Under the pieces are notes generated by a model that was not told where the DNA came from, did no database searches, and worked only from the letters and a program-made list of their open reading frames with translations. This document shows positions 26,847 through 37,274 of a stretch of 64,000 bases of DNA, piece after piece (position 1 is the first letter of the stretch; every line of letters begins with the position of its first letter). The DNA comes from Candidatus Levyibacteriota bacterium. Lineage in GTDB: Bacteria; Patescibacteriota; Microgenomatia; Levybacterales; UBA12049. The stretch lies in contig JBPOIT010000008.1 of NCBI GenBank assembly GCA_052034235.1, forward strand, positions 532 to 64,531. Direction: 5' to 3'. Position numbers and translations under genes: made by a program.

Positions 26847-28445
26847 ATGAATCTGGACGGAATCAAAACATTTTTCAAAGGCGAAATTGAAACCTCACCT
26901 GACGTATGTAAAAAGTACAATAGGGATGCTAGTATTTTTGAAGTTACACCTTCTGCAGTATTATACCCAAAAGACACTGACGATCTAAAAAAACTTGTCC
27001 GCTGGGTCAAAAAGAGAATTAAGAAAAATCCGAACCTTTCACTCACAGCACGAAACGGAGGAACGTGCATGTCCGCAGGATCCCTCACAACGGGAATTAT
27101 GATTGACATGTCAAAATATTTTAATCATATTAACGAAATAAATACGCAGGATTCGTCCATAATAGTTCAGGGTGGTGTTATGCATTTGGAAGTAGAAAAA
27201 GCGACACATCCTCACAATCTTCTTTTTGCACCATATACGTCATCACGCGATATCTGCGGTATTGGAGGTATGATCGGCAATAATGCTTCAGGTGAAAAAT
27301 CAGTGAAATACGGCCCAACGAGTGCGAATGTCGGAAAACTGAAAGTGCTGCTTTCTGATGGAAACGAATATGAGTTTGGTCCATTAAATGCAACTCAGCT
27401 GGAAGAAAAGAAAAAACAGGATAACTATGAAGGATTCCTCTATAAAGAAGTAACCAAAATGCTTGATGATAATTGGGAACTCATACAACATCGCCATCCA
27501 AAAGTGAAGAAAAATGCAGCCGGGTATGCCCTGTGGGATTTATGGGATGAAAAAAAGGAGACATTTAATATGGCGCGACTTTTTGTCGGTTCACAAGGAA
27601 CACTTGGATTTGTTACCGAGGCACAACTCAAACTCGTTCCATTTTCAAAAGCTAGTAGGATGATCGTTGTCCCAATCAGTGCTCTCAGCGACCTTGCACC
27701 GGTTGTCACAACACTTTTAAAGTTTAAACCAGAAACGTGTGAGACCTTTGATTACCACACGTATGATTTAGCAAAACAATATCACCCGGAAGATGCAAAA
27801 CGCGCACCAGTTGCTGATGGGAAACACATGGTTGTGTTTGCTATTTACGCAGGTGAAACACAAGAAGAAGCAGATCACGCTGCTACTGATGCCAAAAACG
27901 CAGTTGAAGCACTCGGCAAAGAAGTTTCATGGATTGACGATGCGCAGACGCTTGAGAGTTTGCTTCTTATCAGAAGAAAGAGCTTTAAAATGCTTTTAGA
28001 ACATCCGCATGACAATCAGCGAGCAATGGCATATCTTGAAGATTCCATTGTTTCAATTGATAGATATGGTGAATTCCTCGCTTCTCTTGAAAAGATACTC
28101 TCTGAATATGAAATGACCTATACCTATGCAGGACACATTGGAGATGGCAGTATACGTCTTGTACCGCTTGTGAACATGGAGAAACCCGACTCACGCGACA
28201 TGATTATAGAGAGTGCGACAAGAGTGTATGATCTAGTACTCGCGTTTGGAGGCTCAATCAGTGTCGATCATAATGACGGCATCATTCGAACACCATATCT
28301 TGAACAAATGTATGGGGAAGAAATGGTAGCGCTTTTTGCAGAGATTAAAAAGCTTTTCGATCCGCTCACGCTGTTTAATCCTGGGAAAAAGGTAGGAGGA
28401 ACACTTGAATACGCATACGACCATATTATTACTTCTAATGCGTAG
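26847..28445 (+). CDS. FAD-binding oxidase (FAD_binding_4 / GlcD-D-lactate dehydrogenase-like)
   Basis: 532 aa. N-terminal FAD-binding PCMH-type region and C-terminal FAD-oxidase_C-like region. Confidence 0.65.
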   Translation: MNLDGIKTFFKGEIETSPDVCKKYNRDASIFEVTPSAVLYPKDTDDLKKLVRWVKKRIKKNPNLSLTARNGGTCMSAGSLTTGIMIDMSKYFNHINEINTQDSSIIVQGGVMHLEVEKATHPHNLLFAPYTSSRDICGIGGMIGNNASGEKSVKYGPTSANVGKLKVLLSDGNEYEFGPLNATQLEEKKKQDNYEGFLYKEVTKMLDDNWELIQHRHPKVKKNAAGYALWDLWDEKKETFNMARLFVGSQGTLGFVTEAQLKLVPFSKASRMIVVPISALSDLAPVVTTLLKFKPETCETFDYHTYDLAKQYHPEDAKRAPVADGKHMVVFAIYAGETQEEADHAATDAKNAVEALGKEVSWIDDAQTLESLLLIRRKSFKMLLEHPHDNQRAMAYLEDSIVSIDRYGEFLASLEKILSEYEMTYTYAGHIGDGSIRLVPLVNMEKPDSRDMIIESATRVYDLVLAFGGSISVDHNDGIIRTPYLEQMYGEEMVALFAEIKKLFDPLTLFNPGKKVGGTLEYAYDHIITSNA

Positions 28446-28449
28446 AGAG

Positions 28450-28920
28450 TCACACAGAATGTGACAAATGTATTGCCCACTGTCTCGCTTTCTCCATTTC
28501 TCCTTTTTTAAGTGGCCCTCGTTTCTCATTCACGATAAATCCTTGCGGCTTGGTAATTAACACACCACCTTTTTTAACAAGAATTTTTGCAATGCGTTCT
28601 GCTGCATATTTGATAATGCGAAGTAATATTTTGATTCCAATATTATGATCGTCGGGTTCAAATCGAGTATCAAACGCAGCGACCTTTATACCTTTCAAAC
28701 AGTTTGGTGGTAGTTTCATAAGAAATGCCTCAAGTTCTGGGGTTGGCCTACCGCCATGCACGGGTGACCCGACAATAAGCAAATCAACAACTTTTAGCTT
28801 TTCAATATCAACTTCACCAAGACGAATGACTCGAACCAGACCCGGTAAATATTTACCTATTTGTTTGGCGATTAGTTCTGTATTGCCGTAGAAAGAATCG
28901 TAGATAATAAGTGCCTTCAC
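28450..28920 (-). CDS. flavodoxin-like protein
   Basis: MKALIIYDSFYGNTE phosphate-binding loop, LLIVGSPVHGG. Confidence 0.7.
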   Translation of the reverse strand: MKALIIYDSFYGNTELIAKQIGKYLPGLVRVIRLGEVDIEKLKVVDLLIVGSPVHGGRPTPELEAFLMKLPPNCLKGIKVAAFDTRFEPDDHNIGIKILLRIIKYAAERIAKILVKKGGVLITKPQGFIVNEKRGPLKKGEMEKARQWAIHLSHSV

Positions 28921-28998
28921 TCATTCCATTCTAGTTTGAAGGGTTTTTTACGCAATGATATTTGTCATGGTAGGGGAGTGATTAAAATCACCTTGTCG

Positions 28999-30396
28999 TT
29001 ATTTGAAGAATTTGTCAAATATTGTATATAAACTAAATCCTCCGTAGAAAAGAAAGGCAAGTACCATAGCGATAATTCTAAAATAACTTGGTCTGAGTGG
29101 TTTGGCAAGACTCGTCATATTGAGCCACAACGTAAGTCCTACATGGACAAACATCGCAAAGGCATTGAGCACTGCCGCAATCATGAGGAGTTCAAGCGGT
29201 TGTGTGAAACCTCTAAGGAAAATAAGAATTCCTCCCAAAATCTGTATCCATAACACAATATAATAAATCTTTGGAATATGCTGTTCTTTCAGTTTTGGAT
29301 AAAGTGAAAGTACAGTGTTTTCGGTGAGGATTCGACTCGTGGCGTCAAAAACAGTTAGCTGTGTCCCAAAAAGAGTGAGTGAAGCTACAAGAATGAAAAA
29401 GGTACCAACAATAGGAATAATTCTCTGGCCAATCACTTGTCCTTCTCTGATAACAAAACCAATGCCTTCTTTATTGCCTTCCAATCCAAAGACTGTTGTA
29501 TAAGAAAGCAGCGCAAGAAGGACGATTGTGATAGAACCGGTAAGCCAAAAGACTATAAAATGTTCAATATTGATGTTTTTCCACCAATGATTAAAGCGTT
29601 TCATGCTTTCCTTATCTGGTTCAAATTTGCTCCCTGTTAATGAAACTTCTTCTTTTTTACCAGCAATAAGACTGGTAATTCTCCCTGCATATTTACCCAT
29701 ACCATACCCTTTTTCCCTGATATAAAATGATTGGGCGAGATTAAGATTGCCCCCAGCTCCAGCATAAGCCAATGCCGCAAGGAATGACGTTATGGCAATT
29801 CCCTCAGGCAAAAACATAAAGTTGTTACCGATGCCAACTGTGCCTTTTGCGACTTCAATCCAATCTGTTGGTTTTGCAAGGATAATACTCAAAAGAAAAA
29901 TAGTAGGCACACCGATGGTGATAAGTGTTTTTTGCAGTGTTTCGACCGTTTTATAGAGAACTGGGCCAAGTGACAAAATAAGTCCCATGGTAATAAGCAT
30001 ACCGATTGCCAAATACTGCGTATCTTTTATGCCAAAGACAGATCCGAGCAAGGTAGCCGAAGACGCAGCAATGCCTGGCCAAACCCACGGTATAAATGTC
30101 GAAAGCAAAAACCAGAATGAAATCCAGCGGAATTTGCGAGCCAAACCGACAAACACACTTTCACCATGGGCAAGTGCATATCTTTCAATTTCCATATTCA
30201 TAAAGAATTGGAAGGTAAGCCCGAGAAGCGCGCCCCAAATTATTCCCATACCGAAATTGGAGGCAAGATAAGGCCAAAGTATAATTTCACCACTCCCAAG
30301 TCCGAGACCAAGAATAATAAAACTAGGACCAACAAGTTTACGAAGCGAAGGTGCATCAGGAAGAATATTTGTTTGTAGCGGTTTAAAAGACATCAA
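28999..30396 (-). CDS. NRAMP-related membrane transporter (putative metal transporter)
   Basis: 465 aa with about 11 TM helices. N-terminal GPSFIILGLGLGSGEIILWP...FGMGIIW pattern resembles the Nramp/MntH first helix region. Family assignment tentative. Confidence 0.45.
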   Translation of the reverse strand: MMSFKPLQTNILPDAPSLRKLVGPSFIILGLGLGSGEIILWPYLASNFGMGIIWGALLGLTFQFFMNMEIERYALAHGESVFVGLARKFRWISFWFLLSTFIPWVWPGIAASSATLLGSVFGIKDTQYLAIGMLITMGLILSLGPVLYKTVETLQKTLITIGVPTIFLLSIILAKPTDWIEVAKGTVGIGNNFMFLPEGIAITSFLAALAYAGAGGNLNLAQSFYIREKGYGMGKYAGRITSLIAGKKEEVSLTGSKFEPDKESMKRFNHWWKNINIEHFIVFWLTGSITIVLLALLSYTTVFGLEGNKEGIGFVIREGQVIGQRIIPIVGTFFILVASLTLFGTQLTVFDATSRILTENTVLSLYPKLKEQHIPKIYYIVLWIQILGGILIFLRGFTQPLELLMIAAVLNAFAMFVHVGLTLWLNMTSLAKPLRPSYFRIIAMVLAFLFYGGFSLYTIFDKFFK

Positions 30397-30457
30397 TATT
30401 AAGACTATGTAAATGAGAGCGGTCTGTATGTGATCTAAATCACAGTTAAAGTACAGC

Positions 30458-30982
30458 TTATTTTTTCTGTCTTTTCAATGGTTTCTTTTCGGGTATGGTT
30501 TTAATGAATTTAATATAACCTAAAAGAAGTGAAATAATCAGCCCGACAGTTACTACAAGAAAGCGAAATTTGTTATCATCCGTTCCAAAGCCACGAATGA
30601 TACTATACACTAATGTCAAAACACCACCGAGGAGCAAGCCATCAGCGATTAGTGCAATCTTTTTTGCATACGTTAAACTGACAATAAGGACAATAATTGC
30701 AGCAAAAAGCGACGCGATTGAGACATTACGATTATAGACCTTCGAAACTGCCTCATAGTCTTTAACTTGTCTGTCATGTAATTCAGCTGCAGCTTTGAAT
30801 TCAAGAAACGTTTGTTTCTCTTTTGCGATATCTGGTGAACAATATTTTAAGATAGCTGGTGGTTCAGGAAAGGTAGGACCGACGTAAAATGCTGCAATGC
30901 CAACCCCCACAAATGCAGCCATTAGCACCCCAATAAACAAGACATATATACCTTTAATACTCATAAACTTAGCATATATCAA
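30458..30982 (-). CDS. membrane protein, paralog B of duplicated family
   Basis: 174 aa, paralogous to 23320..23823 and encoded in inverted orientation. Confidence 0.5.
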   Translation of the reverse strand: MIYAKFMSIKGIYVLFIGVLMAAFVGVGIAAFYVGPTFPEPPAILKYCSPDIAKEKQTFLEFKAAAELHDRQVKDYEAVSKVYNRNVSIASLFAAIIVLIVSLTYAKKIALIADGLLLGGVLTLVYSIIRGFGTDDNKFRFLVVTVGLIISLLLGYIKFIKTIPEKKPLKRQKK

Positions 30983-30988
30983 AAACTC

Positions 30989-31339
30989 TTATTTCGATTC
31001 TTTTCTAATACTTGCTTGTGATGCATGTTTGCTGCTGCCTTTGAAATGTTTGGCTTTGTATGTTTCAAATTCTTTATTGAGTTTATTAAATCCACTATGC
31101 AGAATTTCTGAGACGTCATGGCCGCCGAGTTCTGCAGTTAACTTTTTCTTAGGCAATTGCATTGTCATCGAACCGGCATAGAAATGATTTTTTTCGTGTT
31201 TTTTTAATATGAGTGTTAAAAGGGGAATGTCATTTTCAAAATTATGAAATTTCTTTTCAAGCAGTGCTAACTGATGCAGCATGAGCTGCTCTTCTTTTTC
31301 AGTGAGTATAAAGTCCTTTAGCGTTGCCAGATATTTCAT
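30989..31339 (-). CDS. hpf: ribosome hibernation promoting factor (HPF/RaiA/YfiA family)
   Basis: 116 aa with a beta-alpha-beta-beta-beta-alpha pattern and a HFYAGSMTMQLP...AELGGHDVSEILHSGFNKL region typical of YfiA/HPF. Confidence 0.65.
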   Translation of the reverse strand: MKYLATLKDFILTEKEEQLMLHQLALLEKKFHNFENDIPLLTLILKKHEKNHFYAGSMTMQLPKKKLTAELGGHDVSEILHSGFNKLNKEFETYKAKHFKGSSKHASQASIRKESK

Positions 31340-31341
31340 AG

Positions 31342-31827
31342 TTATTTTTCTTTCATTTTTGCTTTCACAAGCAAAACAGGACAGGGTGCATTTTTGACGA
31401 CATCATCGGCAATTGAACCAAGTAATGCACGCTTAATTCCTGATCTTCCGTGTGTTGACATGACAATCAAATCACATGCGTGTCTATTGGCAACCTGGAC
31501 AATTTTATCTCTTGCATCGCCTTCTTCAATTGAGACTGTTACATCGGTAATGCCAGCTTTATCAAGCTGCAATTTTATATGCTTGAGTACATTTTTGGCA
31601 GCCTTACGTTCTTGTTTCGCTAAATCTTCAAGAATTCCTTGGGTCCCGATTGTTGCGGGAGTAATAGTAATGGCCGGAAGTAATTTAACGACTGAATCGA
31701 TGACATGTAAAACGACGAGTTCTGCATTATATGCTTTCACAAGACTAACTGCATGAGGAAGGGCTTTTGATGCGAGGGTTGAACCATCGTGCGTAACTAA
31801 TATTTTCTTATAAGTTATAGCTTTCAT
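31342..31827 (-). CDS. universal stress protein (UspA family)
   Basis: ILVTHDGS start, ATP-binding motif GRSGIKRALLGSIADDV. Confidence 0.8.
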   Translation of the reverse strand: MKAITYKKILVTHDGSTLASKALPHAVSLVKAYNAELVVLHVIDSVVKLLPAITITPATIGTQGILEDLAKQERKAAKNVLKHIKLQLDKAGITDVTVSIEEGDARDKIVQVANRHACDLIVMSTHGRSGIKRALLGSIADDVVKNAPCPVLLVKAKMKEK

Positions 31828-31903
31828 GGCGCACGTATAATAACTCTATATCTTATAGATTGCAATGATATGTCTCATAATCTCTCTGTGATACAGATCA
31901 ATT

Positions 31904-32971
31904 ATGTGCTACTATAGAGCTATGGATCAGCAAACTCCTCCAAGCCAAACACTTCAAAAAGGTTTTGATGAACTCCAAGAACATGTCGTCATAACCGATA
32001 CCCATGGAACCATTGTCTATGCCAATAAAGCCGTTGAACAAACGACTGGTTATCCATTGAGTGAAGTTATTGGCAAAAATCCCGGACAACTTTGGGGAGG
32101 AAAGATGCCAAAAGAATTTTATGAAAACATGTGGCACGTCCTAAAAGATGAAAAGCAACCGTTTGTCGGAGAAGTCAAGAATGTGAGAAAAGACGGTACT
32201 GAATATTGGCAGGAACTTCATGTAACACCTGTTCTTAATGAAAAAGGAGACGTGCAATATTATATCGGTATTGAGCCTGTTATTACGGAGAGAAAGAAGA
32301 AGGAACAATTTCGTGATGAATTTTTCTCAATAGCCAGACATCAAATCATGAACCCGCTTACCAAAAATAATATTATTCTTGATCTGTTACTTTCAGAATC
32401 CTGGACTGGCAAAAATAAAGAATACATTCAGCAATTATATAAAGATAACCTCAGCATTATGACACTTATTAACGACCTTGTGTTTCTCGACCGCATGGAA
32501 AACCACAGTCATATTCGTGAGGATATAAATATTTCAGACATAATTGATGAAACATATGGCCGTGCAAAAGCCAGTAACCCGACAATTGTTATGACATATA
32601 CCAAAGAAGGCTCTGACTTTACCATAAATTCCAATGAAACACTCGTCAGACAAGTTATTAATAATATCGTTACCAACTCTGTTGAATATACAGCATCAGA
32701 AGCTGGAACAATTAACATTATATTGAAAGACACTGGTAATGAATTTGCCTTTAGCTGTGCAGACAACGGGGTCGGTATACCTGAAGATGAACACGAAAAA
32801 ATATTTCAAAAATTCTATAGAGCTTCTAACGCCTCAACAATGAAAAACGACGGATCTGGACTAGGGCTGTATATCGTTAAAAAAATTACTGAAGAATTAG
32901 GTTGGAAAATATCCTTCACCAGTACACCGGGCAAGGGGACGACATTTTTTGTCACAATACCTAAAAAATAA
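31904..32971 (+). CDS. PAS domain sensor histidine kinase
   Basis: PAS fold near the N-terminus and an HATPase_c G2 box (DGSGLGLYIV) and G-rich lid at the C-terminus. The true start may be the Met at 31922. Confidence 0.75.
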   Translation: MCYYRAMDQQTPPSQTLQKGFDELQEHVVITDTHGTIVYANKAVEQTTGYPLSEVIGKNPGQLWGGKMPKEFYENMWHVLKDEKQPFVGEVKNVRKDGTEYWQELHVTPVLNEKGDVQYYIGIEPVITERKKKEQFRDEFFSIARHQIMNPLTKNNIILDLLLSESWTGKNKEYIQQLYKDNLSIMTLINDLVFLDRMENHSHIREDINISDIIDETYGRAKASNPTIVMTYTKEGSDFTINSNETLVRQVINNIVTNSVEYTASEAGTINIILKDTGNEFAFSCADNGVGIPEDEHEKIFQKFYRASNASTMKNDGSGLGLYIVKKITEELGWKISFTSTPGKGTTFFVTIPKK

Positions 32972-33022
32972 CTAAACTTTGTGTAATTAATCTTCTGGAG
33001 CTTTCTCGTATTGGAGTTTGTC

Positions 33023-35473
33023 TTACTTACCACTTTCAACTTCGTTAATCCTAATAGCAGTCTTGAGAACGGTATCAGGACTCAATGAAATTGAATCAAT
33101 GCCTTCTTTAACCAGGAATTCACAAAGCTCAGGGAAATCTGACGGACCTTGGCCACAAATACCCACTTTCAAACCAGCTCTATGTGCTTTTTGGATTAAG
33201 GTTGAAATAAGTTGATGGACAGCATCATTATTTTCATTGCCGATGTGAGCTATGAGTTTGGAATCACGATCAAGTCCGAGTGTTAATTGAGTTAGATCAT
33301 TTGAACCGATTGAGAATCCATCAAATATCTTTGCAAATTCGTCAACAAGCAGGATATTTGAAGGGATTTCTGCCATGACCCAGACATGTAAGTTCTGGTC
33401 TAACTGATCGTGATTTTGCAGATTCTTTTCTTTATCATGATGTAATCCATTTTTTTCCATGACCTCAAGCACTTTCTTTCCTTCTTCAGGTGTTCGACAG
33501 AAAGGAATCATCACTTGAAGATTCCAGAGACCATATTCTTCTCTTACTCGTTTTACTGCTTTGCATTCAAGTGCAAATGCATCCGCAAAATTTTCGTCAT
33601 AATAACGACTTGCACCGCGCCATCCAATCATTGGATTCTCTTCATGAGGTTCAAATTCGCGTCCACCGATAAGATTTGCGTACTCATTTGATTTAAAATC
33701 ACTAAAGCGTAGCAACACTTCATAGGGATAATACGCTGCAGCGATAATACTGATACCATAGGCCAATTTGTCTACATAATAATCGACTTTATTTTCGTAT
33801 CCTACTGTTAATTCTTCAATCTGCTTTTTCACTGCCTCATCTTTGAGGTCGTCAAAATGGAGGAGAGCATTAGGATGAATTTTGATGTAATTCATAATAA
33901 TGAATTCTTCTCTTGCAAGACCAACACCTCTATTTGGAATGAAACTATAATTGAAAACGAGGTCAGGATTTGCAACGATCATCTTTACATCAGTTTTTGG
34001 CAGTGAAAATCCTGTTAGATCTGTTTTGTCTATTCTGAATTTCAATGTTCCTTCATAGACTCTTCCTAGTTCACCATCAGCACAACTGACGGTAATTTCT
34101 TGCCCATTTGGAATAACTTTGGTTGCGCTGCCAGTGCCGACAATCGCGGGGATGCCAAGCTCTCTTGATACAATTGCCGCATGACTAGTTCTGCCTCCAG
34201 AATTGGTCACAATAGCACTCGCTATTTTCATAATAGGCTCCCAATCCGGATCGGTGATTTCAGCAATTAATACTTCGCCTTGTTTAAATTCAGATAATTC
34301 ACTTGGGTCTTTGATAAAATGAGCCTTGCCTTGTCCAATTTTGCGACCAACAGATGCTCCTTGTACAAGTACTTTCCCTGTTTCTTCGAGAACATATTCT
34401 TCGATTTGATTAGCATCTTTTCTTGCCTGTACTGTTTCTGGACGTGCCTGGACGATATAAAGCTGGTTGTCTTGACCATCATACGCCCACTCAATATCCA
34501 TAGGTCTTTTATAATGATCTTCTAAAATTGTTCCCCATTTAGCAAGTTTGAGTACCTGTTCGTCAGTGAGTACAAATTTTTGTCTTTCGTTTGGACTGGT
34601 AACGACATCTTTTGTTGGAGTTGTACCTTCAGTTGCATAAATCAGTTTCTTTTCTTTGGTACCGAGATTCTTACTGATAATCGTTGGATAACCTTTTTTC
34701 AGTGTCGGTTTAAATACCATAAATTCATCTGGTGTGACGATACCTTTAACAATATATTCACCAAGTCCCCATGATCCGTTAATAAGTACAACATTTCTGA
34801 ATCCACTGTCTGAATCCAGTGTAAACATAACGCCACTAGCTCCACGATCAGAACGTGCCATTTTTTGAACTGCGACTGAGAGTGCTACTTTAAAATGATC
34901 AAATTTTTGATCAACACGGTAGGAGATTGCGCGATTGGTAAAAAGAGATGAAAAAGCCATCTTTATAGCCTGAAGTACTGCATGTTCTCCGGTGATGTTA
35001 AGGTAGGATTCTTGTTGTCCTGCAAATGAAGCATCAGGAAGATCTTCTGCTGTTGCTGAAGAACGAACAGCAACGTCAACATCATGCTCAGCTGAAAGTT
35101 TGGATTTAAGTTCCTGATATGCAGAACGTACTGCTTTATCAACTTCTTCAGGAAAAGGAGCACTGAGGATTAGTTGACGGACTTTGTGTCCAACAGTTTC
35201 AAGAGCTTTCATGTCACTCGTATCAAGACCGTCGAGTACTTCATGAATCTTTTTATCGAGTTCGTTCTTTTCAACAAAATAACGATACGAATACGCAGTT
35301 ACTGCAAAGCCAAAAGGAACCTGAATTTTTTCATCAGGAAATACTTCACTTGTTGCATGGGTGAGGTTTTGATACATTTCACCAAGGTTGGCATTTTTGC
35401 CGCCGACGAGCGGTATGTCATCCTTACTAACTTCATCAAACCAGAGTATAAATTTTTTGCTTTTTTCTTCCAT
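33023..35473 (-). CDS. ppsA: phosphoenolpyruvate synthase (pyruvate, water dikinase)
   Basis: 816 aa. PEP-utilizer mobile domain GGRTSHAAIVSRELGIPAIVG, with ATP-grasp N-terminal and TIM-barrel C-terminal regions. Confidence 0.85.
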   Translation of the reverse strand: MEEKSKKFILWFDEVSKDDIPLVGGKNANLGEMYQNLTHATSEVFPDEKIQVPFGFAVTAYSYRYFVEKNELDKKIHEVLDGLDTSDMKALETVGHKVRQLILSAPFPEEVDKAVRSAYQELKSKLSAEHDVDVAVRSSATAEDLPDASFAGQQESYLNITGEHAVLQAIKMAFSSLFTNRAISYRVDQKFDHFKVALSVAVQKMARSDRGASGVMFTLDSDSGFRNVVLINGSWGLGEYIVKGIVTPDEFMVFKPTLKKGYPTIISKNLGTKEKKLIYATEGTTPTKDVVTSPNERQKFVLTDEQVLKLAKWGTILEDHYKRPMDIEWAYDGQDNQLYIVQARPETVQARKDANQIEEYVLEETGKVLVQGASVGRKIGQGKAHFIKDPSELSEFKQGEVLIAEITDPDWEPIMKIASAIVTNSGGRTSHAAIVSRELGIPAIVGTGSATKVIPNGQEITVSCADGELGRVYEGTLKFRIDKTDLTGFSLPKTDVKMIVANPDLVFNYSFIPNRGVGLAREEFIIMNYIKIHPNALLHFDDLKDEAVKKQIEELTVGYENKVDYYVDKLAYGISIIAAAYYPYEVLLRFSDFKSNEYANLIGGREFEPHEENPMIGWRGASRYYDENFADAFALECKAVKRVREEYGLWNLQVMIPFCRTPEEGKKVLEVMEKNGLHHDKEKNLQNHDQLDQNLHVWVMAEIPSNILLVDEFAKIFDGFSIGSNDLTQLTLGLDRDSKLIAHIGNENNDAVHQLISTLIQKAHRAGLKVGICGQGPSDFPELCEFLVKEGIDSISLSPDTVLKTAIRINEVESGK

Positions 35474-35477
35474 AGTT

Positions 35478-36041
35478 TTAATCTTCTACTTCTGCTAATT
35501 CTTGTCTCTTTGGCATGAACGGTAATCTTTTTCGATCAGATTGTGTTTCAAGCCTTGGTCTCAGAATTTGTAATATTTTTGCGTATCTATCCGGATTATG
35601 GATAAGATACATATCCAAACTCTTATTTAATCTTACATCATAAAGGGTCAATGTTGCAAAGTTGCAAATTTCGCCTAAGAATGTATCCTGCACACTTATC
35701 CTTCGTACTTTATCAAGGCCGTATTTTTCAGATTTACGATTAATTATCCCTCTTTTATGAATAACAGCCTCTGGTGTTATTTCATAATACTCATTGAGCC
35801 ATTGTAATACGATATATATACTTATCGAAATTTTAAAAACTCCAATAAGAATGAATATCCACAAAAATAAATTTGTACTCGTTGTTAATGCCCGGTAATA
35901 TTGTTCTCCCTGTGTTATTACCAAGTAAAAGCCAATGACTGTGATTGCTAAAAGTAAATCATTAACGATGAGTTTTGTAAGTAAAATAACGATACTTTGC
36001 CTGACATTCAGGTGGGTAAGTGTTATTTTCTGATCGTACAT
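35478..36041 (-). CDS. bacterial PH domain (bPH_2, YdbS-like) membrane protein
   Basis: Two N-terminal TM helices followed by YEITPEAVIHKRGIINRKSEKYGLDKVRRISVQD, a bPH_2-like segment. Confidence 0.5.
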   Translation of the reverse strand: MYDQKITLTHLNVRQSIVILLTKLIVNDLLLAITVIGFYLVITQGEQYYRALTTSTNLFLWIFILIGVFKISISIYIVLQWLNEYYEITPEAVIHKRGIINRKSEKYGLDKVRRISVQDTFLGEICNFATLTLYDVRLNKSLDMYLIHNPDRYAKILQILRPRLETQSDRKRLPFMPKRQELAEVED

Positions 36042-36177
36042 AACTCTGCCATTAGTATAATCCTACATGAATTTCAGACCTCATGCAATATCACTATTTA
36101 AGTATATGGATATTGGAATAGGTAAAACATTGACATGTATCAAGTATTTTCTGTGATACGAATCACTGAAATAGACT

Positions 36178-36558
36178 TTGGTTTTATCTATAGTTTTCTG
36201 CACCATGATTAAAATCGTCGCTCAAGGAACGTATCATCTTATTGAAACCAAAGGACACACAAAAATACTCACTCTCGACAGGAAGAAAACTTATGCCTGG
36301 GTAAATGCTGAGGATATTGGAGAAATTCTTGTGACAACACATAAAAGTCATGAGGTAGACCATTTGTTGTCGGCGGGGAACTATCGTATTTATGATGTAA
36401 AAGATGAGGATAATATTGCCGATTTGCTCCATCTTGAACTCTTTGTAGGTGAAGGGTTGTGGCAAGGATATGTGCTCCCAACAGGATTACCAAATGATGA
36501 GAAGAAAAGAAATCGAATAATTCCAACAAAGGAACTCATTACAAAAACATTCCACTAA
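36178..36558 (+). CDS. hypothetical protein
   Basis: 126-aa ORF with no family recognised. The true start may be the internal Met (MIKIVAQG). Confidence 0.35.
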   Translation: MVLSIVFCTMIKIVAQGTYHLIETKGHTKILTLDRKKTYAWVNAEDIGEILVTTHKSHEVDHLLSAGNYRIYDVKDEDNIADLLHLELFVGEGLWQGYVLPTGLPNDEKKRNRIIPTKELITKTFH

Positions 36559-36560
36559 AC

Positions 36561-37211
36561 TTAATACTGAAGGACAAGTTCCTCTTCAAGCAGTGCCAAA
36601 CTATGAACGACAAGTTGATTCTTTTGGAAGCTGACAATACCTTTTTCCTTCAGCACTTTCATCTCACGACTGACTGTTTCTCTCGTGAGACCAGTTTGCA
36701 TACCTAAATCTTTTTCAGTCAACGTGACAATAAGTGAGCCATCATCTGAAGCAGTGCCAAAACGTTTGGAGGAAATAATAAGTTCTGATATCAATCGCGC
36801 ATTGGCATTACCAGCCATAAGATACGCCATTCGCGTCATCATACCGTCAATTCCACGATAAAGCCTGCCAACCAAATCATACAGCACATCAGGGTTGTTT
36901 TTTACAAATGCTACCACCTGATCACGAGGCGCTCGCCATACTTCAAGTTCTGTCATTGCCTCAAAGTAATAAAGATTTTTTTGACCATTAATTGCCCAGG
37001 ACATAGGAAAAAAAGCGATTGGTTTAAAAATATTTAAAACAACTTCATCACCTTTTCTCGAAATAAGATACATTTTGACTTGTCCTTTGGTGAGATAAAA
37101 AACACCAGTCGGGTCATCATCTGCTCTCACAAGAATTTCACCTTTACGGTACTGCTGATTTTTATACTGAGTAAAAAAATTCTCGAGTTTACTATTAATT
37201 GCCTGATCCAT
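36561..37211 (-). CDS. Crp/Fnr family transcriptional regulator
   Basis: cNMP-binding beta-roll followed by a C-terminal HTH (TRETVSREMKVLKEKGIV). Confidence 0.8.
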   Translation of the reverse strand: MDQAINSKLENFFTQYKNQQYRKGEILVRADDDPTGVFYLTKGQVKMYLISRKGDEVVLNIFKPIAFFPMSWAINGQKNLYYFEAMTELEVWRAPRDQVVAFVKNNPDVLYDLVGRLYRGIDGMMTRMAYLMAGNANARLISELIISSKRFGTASDDGSLIVTLTEKDLGMQTGLTRETVSREMKVLKEKGIVSFQKNQLVVHSLALLEEELVLQY

Positions 37212-37274
37212 TGTTGTATTATACTAAAAATATTGCAAACCTGATACGTGATTATGCTGTGATAGAATGAAGAT

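Noticed and set aside
37212-37274. TGTGA-containing sequence upstream of the Crp/Fnr gene, as possible autoregulation.
   Set aside because: The half-sites are in direct rather than inverted orientation (GTGATTATGCTGTGATA). It does not match TGTGA-N6-TCACA.
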